Assembly (NCBI RefSeq): GCF_022539665.2
Contig: NC_081331.1
Location: 9,982,001 to 10,046,000 of the forward strand
Direction: 5' to 3'
From: Daphnia carinata
Taxonomy: Eukaryota
Length of the DNA: 64,000 bases
Shown: in pieces, positions 54,101 through 64,000 of the stretch
How positions within the stretch are numbered: the stretch's first letter is position 1
How the letters are laid out: the number at the start of each line of letters is the position of its first letter
Notes under the pieces: generated by a model
The model's input: only the letters and a program-made list of their open reading frames with translations
Told to the model about the DNA's origin: nothing
Database searches by the model: none
Program-made: the position numbers and the translations under genes

Positions 54101-57100
54101 TCAGAGCCACCGCCAGCTCAAGATCACCACCGCTCTTGCCGCTTCCCGCTTGGTCTACCAGGCTTGCGTCAACACCACTCTTGGTTTGAACATGTTCCCC
54201 AAGTTGGTTATGGGCGAGTTCTGCAACCCCAGCGACTCCATCGTCGCCAGCCAGTTGGTCCCTTGGCTCGCCGAGCAGGTTAAGGTTGCCCGTGACGCTG
54301 GAGAGCGCATGGCTTTCTTGACTGCTTTGGGTAACATTGGCCACGAGATGATCGTTCCCTTCGTCAAGCCCTTCATCACCAGCTGCGAACCCAGCACTCA
54401 CTACGAAAACGAATGGTACGAGCGCAACCAACGCGATCTAGTCTCCTTGTCAAAGAAGGAAATGAGGAAGAAGTGGTTGGAAGCCAAAAAGACCCTCAAC
54501 TTGAAAAAATACGAACAGGAACAGGAAGATATGGTTTACTCCCAATCTGAGGACTGGGAAGATGAGGCTCTCTGCAACCTCGTCCGCACCAAGGCTATCT
54601 TCGCTTTGGCCACTTTGGCTGCTGAGAAGAAGGAGATCGTCGGTACCCTGCTGATGCCCATCTACTTCAACAAGGCTGAGGAAACCGAGGTCCGTTTGGC
54701 CGCTCTTTCCCTGCTCTTCTTCAGCAACCCTCCCCAGGCTTTCTGGACCCGCGTTGCTTTGAGCACCTGGTACGAGCCCAACGACCAGATCTCCCACTTC
54801 ATCTACACCACCATCGCCAGCAAGGTCGCCAACAAGAACCCCATCGACCGTGAGGTGACTGTCCGCGCTGAAGCCGTCATTGCATTGATGAAGCCCATGT
54901 TCTGGACTTCCCACGCTGCTCTCAACTACCAGAAGGCTGGTTACTCCGAGAAGACCCGTCTTGGTTACATGACCGAGACCGTCAACTTCCCCGGCTTCGA
55001 GTCCTTCATCCCCTCTCACCACTACAGCAGCTTGTCCGTCGCCATGGGCCCCTGGTTCACCAAGTTGATGGACTTCTCCATCGACAGCAAGCACGCTGAG
55101 AAGTTCATCGATCGCCTGTTGGGCAAGCCCGGACTCCGCTTCAAGCAGAACAAGGACGAGTCTTCCATCATCAGCCCCGAGTTGGAGAAGATCCACAATG
55201 AGCTGAAGATTGAGGCCCGCGCCACTGGCCAGCCTGAGCTCTACATCTACTTGAACTTCTTGGACAACTACCAGCGTTTCTTCACCATCAACCCCCGCAC
55301 CATCATCAAGATGATTGAAAAGCAGATCCTGCAATCAGGCTTCCGCGAGAACGCCGGTAAATTGGATATCAACTTCCATAAATTCCTGCCTCTTTTGGAC
55401 TCGTTTGTCCGCGTTCCATCTGCCATGGGTTTGGCTTACACCTGGACCAGCTACCACACCGTTTTCGTTTCTCTTAAGTCCAAGATTGAGGGTGGCTTCT
55501 CCATGTCTTCCTTGAACGCCAAGTTGGAAGGTGCCTTGAAGCCCGTCATCGTTTCCAAGATGACCACCCGCCTGATGGTCGAGACTCCCTTCACCCGCTC
55601 TTACCCCACCACCGGTGTTGACTTGGAATGGGCCGTCGCTCTGCCCGGTCTCTTCTCCGTTGAGGGTGACTGGAAGACTGGCAAGATCCAGACTTCCTGG
55701 GAAACCTTGGGCGAGAAGCTCCGCATCGTCAAGCACTCCGTCGTCCCCTTCACCACCATCCGCAAGATCACCGACTTCACTCCCGCTATCCTCCTCTCCG
55801 AGACCAAGCGCATCTCCTGGACTGAAGAGCCCAAGGAGGTATGATCGCTTTTCATTTATTCCATAATTTAAATTATTTCGCAAACAAACATTTACAACAT
55901 GTTTTTATAACATTAATAGAACAAGATCACCTTCGGTGAGAAACAGCTCGGCATGAACTTCGTTTTTGTTGAACGTGGTGAAACCTTGGCCCTTGCTCAG
56001 CCATTTGTTTACAGCAAGGACTGGTTCGGTACCTTGGCTTTTGCTGCCTCGCCATCCACCCTTCGCCAGCGCGAGTGGAGCTTGTACCTCGACAATGCCT
56101 CATCTGAGACCAAGGCTATTAAGACCATCATCTCTATCTGTAAGTAGACTGAACATGAGAAGTTAAATATGCTTTGTTTTTTTTTCATGCCTACTACGTC
56201 TCTAAAATAATTTCAAAATTCATTAGCTACCAAGTCCGACTCCAAGTTCGAATCTCCCCTCGCCGGCCATCTCCACGCCAAGTCTCTCTTCGACACCATC
56301 TATGGTGACAAGATCAAGAGCAAACAGTACTTAAAACAGCAGGACAGCCAATGGGAATCGCAGAAGTTCCAACACGTCTTCCAAACCCTGACCAACCCCA
56401 CCGGATATTCTTTGGATTTCACCGCCGAACTTCTCCCCAAGTCTTCATCGATCCAGGCTCGCCGCATCGGCTCCTCCATCGTCTACGGCATGGACGGAAA
56501 GTCCCACCGTGGAAGTCTTATGGTTGAGAGACGCGATGAAGTTGAAGGCCAGAACAACTTCGTGCTCTGCGCCGAAGTTGACGCTCAATTCCCCGATAAC
56601 TTGGTTTTCAAACGCAAAGAACTGATCAAGGATGAAACTGAACGTCGTTCTACCATCAAGATTGGCTTTGGAAAGTCTTGCACTGAGGACCGCAAGATTA
56701 CTGTTGCTGTACGCTTTTCAGTTTGAATGTATTCCTACGACACTATTTAAAAAAATTTTTTTTTTTAGACCACCTGGACTCGCAGCGAGGAAGACATCTC
56801 TCCTTCCCTGCGCAACCAATGGGAAAAGACCCAGTGCCAGAAACAGGAAACTTTGGGCCGTGGTATGAGCGATGAATGCATTGCTGCTCGCCGTCTGTCT
56901 TCAATCCTGAACAAGGCCATCATGACCATCAAGTACAACGAGGTAGTACCAAGCAATGAAATATTGAAGATCAGAATGTTTGTATAACTACCATACTGCA
57001 CTTTCCTAGATGCCCGCTCTTGTTCGCAATGCCACCATTAAGGCCTCCAACCTCGTCCGCCACTGGTTGGGTCCCTACATGTCTGACAACCAAGTCGAAG

Positions 57101-58492
57101 TTATGAACACTCAGAACCAGATCACCGTCGAGAGTGTCTACTACCCGTTGGCTGGATCCATGGATGTTAAAGTGTTCAAGCCTTACTCCAATGTTTTCTT
57201 CCGCGGAATCGAAATCCACCCCGTTGCTGAAGTCGTCTTGCCCAAGCGTATGGCTGTTCCCCGCTCTGTTTTGGCTGCCCCTGGTAATTTTGCTAAAACC
57301 CCACTGACAAACACTATTACCATTTGTCTATTTTTTCGTACAATCAAGGTGTGTGCTTGATTGGTTCCGAGACTGTCACCACTTTCGATGGTCTTTTCTA
57401 CAACGCCTCCCTCTCCGGATGCGATCAGGTTTTGACCAAAGATTGCTCTGGCCGTTACAAGCTTGCCGTCCTCTCCCGCGTTGAAGGAAATCAGAAGGTA
57501 AAAGCAATCGATCAGTTTTTGCTATTGTATTACTTATATTTTATTTTTAATTCTAACGGTTCAATTGCTGCTCCAACAGATCGTCACCGTCTTGTTGAAC
57601 AAGGAAAAGATCGAGGTCTTCGCTGCTCAGCAGAAGGTTAAGGTCAACGGTATGGAAATCTCCATCTCCAGCCAGTCCTACGTCGTCAAGAACGCCGAGA
57701 ACCAGATTTTGGCCGTCATCAAGAAGACCGCCGATAACTTCGTCGAAGTTGATTCTTCCGTCTCCCACATGATCCGCGTTTTGACCGACGCCAACGAAGT
57801 CGTTGTTTTGGGCTCTCCCATCCACCGCGGCCGTCTGTGCGGTCTCTGCGGATCTCAGACTGGCAACAAGGTCACCGATCTGACCGGACCCCGCCAGTGC
57901 TCCATTCCTCGTGACTTGATGGATGTCGCCTATGAGCTGAAGCACCCCGCTGGATGCAAAAGCGATATCTCTTCCAGCGATGTTGCTGAACTCCGCCGCA
58001 TCCAGGAGGAATGCTTGAAGGAGAAGTCTGAGACCGTCTTCGGCATCAGCGACGTCACTCCTTTGTTGCCCAAGTTCCAGCAAAACATCTTGTCCAGCCA
58101 GACTTTCCGCCGCCCTTCTCAGTGGACTGTCTACCGTAACAAGATGGTTGTTCAGGACAACAAGCGTTGCTTCTCTACCGAATCTGTCCCCAAGTGCGCT
58201 GAGGGTACTCGCGCCCAGGAGACCGTCGAGAGGAAGGTAAAGTATATTTGCAAAAACATTTCTTCAAGAGGAAATGACCTGAATGCATTCAAAAGCCGTT
58301 AGTTCCCCTGTCAATGTTCTAATTATGAATTTTCTTTTGTATTCATAGTTGGGATTCCACTGCATCCCCAAGAACGTCTTGTCCGAGAAGCTGAACGAGG
58401 AGTTGTCTCGCCGTCCCCTTGATGAGCTGATGGGCAAGCAAGTTGACACTACCCGTGTCTTTAATGTTCCAACCTTGTGCATTCCTTTCTAG
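51125..58492 (+). CDS. vtg: Vitellogenin fused to an N-terminal Cu/Zn-SOD-like domain, copy B (17 exons, 2000 aa by my exon count)
   Basis: Exons: 51125-51149, 51277-51566, 51754-52195, 52255-52400, 52486-52623, 52681-52845, 52905-53144, 53246-53772, 53833-54001, 54078-55838, 55920-56139, 56227-56708, 56769-56942, 57010-57283, 57349-57497, 57580-58236, 58349-58492. They sum to 6003 nt, in frame. Domain order is the same as copy A. I cannot say which copy is vtg1 and which is vtg2. Confidence 0.96.
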
Positions 58493-60794
58493 ACTTCACA
58501 ACTAGGACAAAAAAAAGAATGTAGTGGTAGTAGACCTCTAGGTAGCATAGAAAATAATATTTACTTAATGTCAGAATTGTCTTAGAAATGTTGAGAACGC
58601 AAAATAAAATAATATCAAGTATAACAAAGAGAAAGTGTCAATGGTCTAACTTGAGATTAGTACTTCTTTCCTATGGAAAACCTATGGAAACATTGAAGAC
58701 AGCAAAGCTCACGGTCTTCTGTGTTTTGAATAAGATGCAAAACATCCTTAGGAAGAAACAAAATATAAAAAAACAAACAAACAAAAAAACAAGCTGATTA
58801 ACAGTTGTACCTTTAGAAACGGGCAGAACTGCCCAACAGCTGGATAGGAGAATATCTGCTAAAATGGAAGATCAATAGACCACACCGATTTAAAAATCCG
58901 TTTCTCATCCCAATACATTTCTAGCAAAGTGTGACGTTCCACTGAATGCGGCTATTTGTTTTAAAATAATGGGCACAAAAAGAAACATTAAAAAAGTCCG
59001 TAAACTCGTTTTACATTCAACAAAAGCTGTGAGCTATACAATACCAAAACAGTTTATTTCGGTATGGTAGATTGGTAAATTATGTTTTAGCACCAATTCG
59101 CGTTTTAGTCGTCAACAAATACACCTGCACACAAATGCGCCTGCAATAACCTACATTGAAAACAATAGGTTTATACTGTTGTATTTATGGAAATGAAAGT
59201 ATACACCAGCAATCAACAAACGTTGGGGCGAGAGAAGGGAGAGAGATAGATAACACATCCGTAGCAACCATTTAAAATGCTTTTGTATGCCTTCCTCCGG
59301 GGCTACAGGAAGAACGATTTCTCTTCTTTCGTTTGTTTACTGTTACCGTATACGTGCATCTTAGTTCTTAAACAGGGAAGTGAGGGAGAATGTAGGTCAG
59401 TAAGGCGCGCTAGTGCATCCATGCGTAACATACCTGTGCCAGCGAACCGAGTGTAATATATTTGACTACATTTTAATTTGCTTTGTTAGACGCCATTTAG
59501 CATACATCAATGCCTTCATCTCTGTGGCACTCTGAAAAACTCAATGTACGAGAAATGAAACGATTGCACGTTAACCTCATTGCCAACCTAATTGTAAAAA
59601 TCCGAAATGTTGTGGAAATGCCATTAATTTTGTTCATATCCGTTAAGTTCCAATTTTCGAAATCCGGCCAAGTCACGCGCACAATGGACGGCTCTTTCGA
59701 AGTGATGTCATGTTGTATAGCGTTTTTTATTTCCAGTTGTGTGTACACCCAGTGTCCATCGAAAGATGACAAAATTGGGTCAGTGCCCTAAAAGTGAGTC
59801 AGACAGCAACTACCGCCTGCTGTTGCTGCTTTTTGAGATTGAGGCAACGACTGTGAGTTTCTCTTTAGACTTCCTGGCGTTTGATATTTTCACGGGAGAG
59901 TGCTAGTCTTGTACATTCACAATAACAATTTTACGGTTTTCGGTTTACTCTTGGTGATTAGTTGCTTCTTTCCACACCCCCTCAAGTTCAAGGCTTATTT
60001 TGTACCAAACTTACAAGTGAGTTAGTCGTTGATTACACACCGGGCAGTTTGGACGCAGCTTAAAACTAGTGGTAGAAGTCGCTAGACCATTTCGAACATT
60101 AGCAATTGCTGAAAAGGATCAAAGTTTTCAAAGGCCAAAAAGTGTCTGTGCGGTTCCATACGGAATATTGATCAATGTGGACAAATAGAACGAAAAAACA
60201 AAGAGAAAAACCGATAGAGGACTAAATTGTCCAACGGTAAATTATCGCAAGTTCTTGTCTTCTTTTTTTATTTTACTAACAGTATTCGAAACGGCTACGG
60301 CATGAGGCCGATCAGACCGGTCGCAGAGCACAAAACGGTAACATGAATAACTTGACTGTTCTTTTTTCTTTGCTCCCTTTGTTGACACAGTTGCATTTCT
60401 TATTGAAAACTGAGTTCTTATTGGTTCCGATCGGAAACACCGAGTGTGTTTAATCTCAGTGACAGTGTAAACATGAAGCCAGTACATAGCAGTAGCTGGT
60501 AGCTAGCTCACTTCGCTAAAGTACAAGAACATCTTTGTGGTTGCTTGATTACCTTTATATGTGTCTAACGTCATTTCACTTTTATCCTGCCATCAAAGTG
60601 CCAAATTCGCTTAACCACTGCAGTTTATTTCCAAAAATAATTGTCATTCTCATTACTGTAGATTCAATTTCCCTGCAGGAAAACCATTTTCGGAAACAAA
60701 TACCGACAGCATTCAACGTGTAAGGTATTTTCAAATTAGTTTTATTTATTATAACCGCTTCTTGTTCTTATTTTAAAATACCGTTACAAAGAAA

Positions 60795-62641
60795 ATGGGA
60801 CGGCTTTTCGCGGTGTTCTTGCTGTTTGCCATTTTCAACTTACCAGCGTTGACTGCTCACCCACTAGACATACAGGTTGGCATTGATCCAAACCGACCAT
60901 TGGCCTTGTATGAGGGTCCACAAACATATCGCCGCGATGCGCGTGGTCGACCTTTCAAATCTATCATCCTGACGTCTTCCAAGTTATTTGGTATTGGTAG
61001 CAACTTGCTGCGGGATAGCTCGACATCTTCTTCAACTACCGCGACAACAACAACCACAACAACGACTCCGCCACCACCTCCACGAAGTCCATTAAATGTT
61101 GGTCAACGACTTAAGCCATTCGTCGTTACATCGAAACCTTTCGGTTTCGCCAATCCCGCTAGCAACTTGTTGCGTGAAAGCACTACAACTTCTACAACGA
61201 CTCCTTCGCCATTCGCTGACAAAGCCACACCAACAATTCCGTTTTTCAGCATATCGTGTACTGTGGGCAGTTCTTGCTCGCAGATTATTTCAGCCCGTCA
61301 GACCCAAACGGCAAAGCCAACTTTCAAACCTTATACAAAAGAAGAAATAGACAAATTCAAGGGGGGTTTAGGCTCTCGCTTCCCACCCAAGATTGGATCT
61401 TCTTCCGTGAATATTCAAAGCCCAAACGTCAGCACAACTGAAAAACCATCCACTGAAAAGTTAAATAGTTTGTGGAGAATTAGAACAACATTGCCACCGG
61501 TCCCTACTATCACATCTTCCACAACAACGATTAGGCCAAATCCAGTCAAAAGTAAACCGGCCGACAATTGGAGCAGTGGATGGAAATGGCCAGCCCATAT
61601 CGAAAGCGCTGCGTCTGAGAATCATAAACAAGACGAAATCGAATCAAGCAATCAACGGGTGGAATCAGGGACGTCTGAATGGGCTGCGGTTAAGCCATCC
61701 TCGCAAGGTCAGACAGGCTTCTCTGTACACCCTGTTCGAACAAACATTTTTAGCGCAAAACCATATTCTGCGAAAGAAAAACATGATTACGTTAAAGGCA
61801 GTTCTATTCTGCATAGGCCAGAAGGAAACATGAAAATACCAGCCACAGCTGGAAGTAATCATGCAAGCTGGCTTTCGTTGCTGGCTGCGTCGCTGAGTGT
61901 TTTGCATAACCAGAATCATTCGCAACGACCACACTCACATCTGCAAGAAACCAGAACTCCTCCTCCTCCTCTTCCTCTTTCAGAACCTTTTCCAATGAAG
62001 ACTACTAGCAGACCGTTCAAACTACGACCGGATTCATCTGTTGCCCCAGTTGAGCAAGATAGGTGGCATTCATTAGCTTTGACCAATAAGGAAGAGGAAA
62101 ATTCGTTGATTGAGCCAAAAAAGCCATCAGGAGTAGTAGGATATTCCATATCGTTGCCGGAGAAGGAGGAGGATTATCGGCATCACGAAGTCATTTCCAG
62201 CAAGGGAAACAAGATTTCACTTATCACAGGAGCACTGAATCGTAACAAGCAAACCCAAAATCCTGTGAAGGCAGTACAAAACAACCAACACAAAGCTAAT
62301 AGCGCTAATCTTCCACCTGAGGTTTCGGTACGGTTGAATAGTGGAACACCTGTGTATGATTTAAAACATTTCGTGTTAAGTATTTAAAATTCTATATTTA
62401 GGTATCGAGTCACGTAATAGGATTGCGAATCAAACCCAAATCACTTGGAGGAACCGCTTTTATCGAACACGTACAAGGGACGGCTTTGGAAACCGACGGA
62501 GAAAATGTTAACCTGAGCGATTTAATAATGAAACATGATCTTCCCCAACGTCCAGCTCGATTTTTGCCGCACAGACAACGCAGCTTCGTTACGTTTGATG
62601 AAAAATCAGGATGGCGGCCGGTACGCTTTCCTAACGCTTAA
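60795..62641 (+). CDS. Uncharacterised secreted Ser/Thr/Pro-rich (mucin-like) protein, 2 coding exons, about 588 aa
   Basis: Signal peptide MGRLFAVFLLFAIFNLPALTA and poly-Thr/Pro tracts. Exon 60795-62321 splices in phase 0 (GAG|gtttcg ... tttag|GTA) to exon 62402-62641, which ends FDEKSGWRPVRFPNA*. Confidence 0.75.
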
Positions 62642-63538
62642 GTATCACACGGTGAAATGAATCATTTTGAATTTTCTTTTTAAACGATGCGATAATTTTA
62701 TATGGACTGTACGTGGTTTTATTCGTTTACTATGTCTACCTGCCGGTCCGCAAATATACACTTGGTCGAAAACCAACAATATAAAGTGGTATTGCTATTC
62801 ATTCTGAGTTCAATTTCTCATTTACGGTTTTCGCTATTGCCATTCTATTGTTATGTAGTCGTTGGGGGGTCTGGGATATAATAGGTGCAATGTACAGTAT
62901 TTAGAATACGGTACTCATTCGAAGTATAATGCATCAAAAAAAAATTACAACTATTCGGAAATGAAACATCTGTAACGATGCCATAAAAAGATGGAAGGGT
63001 TTAAGGGTGGGGAGAGAGCCAAACAGAGGGCCGAGATAGTCCTATTGGGATGTAGCAGTGTTAGGAATAATGTTTCTAATATTTGTTGCGATTGTAAGTG
63101 GCACTGGACTTTCCTATGTAGTGTTCCTCGAGATTTGGTAGTACTTTGTAACAGGTAAAAGTGTGTTTCCATTTCTAAAATTGGGCCAGAAAGACCACCA
63201 GAGACTAATACGAGGCTGTTTGTTCTCAACACCTAATGTTGCGTGACAACGGCGATTTCAACGAGGCCGTAGAAATCGGCATTAACATATAAACAGGCCG
63301 ACAATAGCATCCCTCCGGTTACGATTGCTTTTGCAATATGCTTTTTCCGATCTACTTAACACGTCTATAGTAAGCATATTATATATAGAGACTAGGCCGG
63401 ATTGAACAGCAGCTCAAAAAACACGTGAATAACCGTTTTTCCTTTTCTGATATGTGTAAACAGCACAATAATGGAATTACACAGAAACACTGAAGCATTC
63501 TGACAAACTTTACATACAACAATACAAGTTAATTTATT

Positions 63539-64000
63539 CTACCAAAATCGGGGAGAAAGTTGCCCGGCAGGCGGTGCAATGCCTCCTTTTGTGATAGATT
63601 CATGTAGAAATTCTTCAAGTCGAGTAACTGGACCTCCTCCTGAACCTTTGGGGGTAACGTTTCGGATCATGGTAAAATATTCGGTACAGATCAGGTGAAG
63701 CATTTTCTGGAACTGTTTTCCGTATTCTTTTGACATTGCAGAACCAGCTACAGTTAAGAATTCGACCAAAATAGCGGATGTAATATCGTTGCGCGGTGAT
63801 AAATTGAGGAGAGCGGCTAGGTATCTCCAGGCATGTTCTAACCCATGAGGATGAGGTTGATTGCGTCTTGGTAAACTAATTAGAACGGCCGCATACAGAC
63901 GTACAACCCCCGACATTCTTTTCAGATACGTCGGTTGTTGCTCCACTTTTCCACCACTGTACCTGTATCCTAAAGACTTATAGTAGTCTTCATTGCTTTG
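63539..64000 (-). CDS. GLE1: mRNA export factor GLE1, C-terminal part (runs off the window edge)
   Basis: The frame is open from the window edge: QSNEDYYKSLGY...VEQQPTYLKRMSGVVRLYAAV...HPHGLEHAWRYLAALLN...YGKQFQKML...GPVTRLEEFL...LSPRFW*, which matches the GLE1 C-terminal domain. Confidence 0.92.
   Translation of the reverse strand, partial: QSNEDYYKSLGYRYSGGKVEQQPTYLKRMSGVVRLYAAVLISLPRRNQPHPHGLEHAWRYLAALLNLSPRNDITSAILVEFLTVAGSAMSKEYGKQFQKMLHLICTEYFTMIRNVTPKGSGGGPVTRLEEFLHESITKGGIAPPAGQLSPRFW

Larger units (their letters stand above)
41491..58492. repeat. Large inverted duplication: two arms of about 7.3 kb (the vtg genes) around a spacer of about 2.4 kb
   Basis: The reverse complement of 41491-48721 aligns exon by exon with 51125-58492, and some introns are identical. 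Confidence 0.95.

Noticed and set aside
41491..58492. SOD-vitellogenin fusion and head-to-head pair as a novel system
   Set aside because: Already described in Daphnia magna. Only the fine-scale conversion pattern and ligand differences are flagged as findings.

Overview
This is eukaryotic, AT-rich, compact-intron genomic DNA, most likely from a water flea (Daphnia, probably D. magna or a close relative). The assignment is inferred from two Cu/Zn-SOD-fused vitellogenin genes and introns of about 55-100 nt. From left to right the window holds: (1) about 18 kb with no recognisable protein-coding exon, probably 5' introns or regulatory DNA of a gene lying left of the window, containing a decayed tRNA-like element and a twin perfect hairpin; (2) a YTHDC2/Bgcn-family RNA helicase (-) with no visible YTH domain; (3) acid ceramidase (+); (4) a secreted EndoU ribonuclease (+); (5) a possible spliced non-coding transcript and a scrambled IAP-type RING exon (-); (6) DOT1L/grappa (+); (7) a roughly 17 kb head-to-head inverted pair of 17-exon SOD-vitellogenin genes; (8) an orphan secreted Ser/Thr/Pro-rich protein (+); (9) the 3' end of GLE1 (-). 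The SOD-vitellogenin fusion and its head-to-head layout are already known in Daphnia magna. The most informative signal here is the patchwork of identical and diverged introns between the two copies, which suggests gene conversion that spares the SOD exons. I found no convincing wholly new biological system. Exon boundaries were read by eye, and CDS coordinates span introns.
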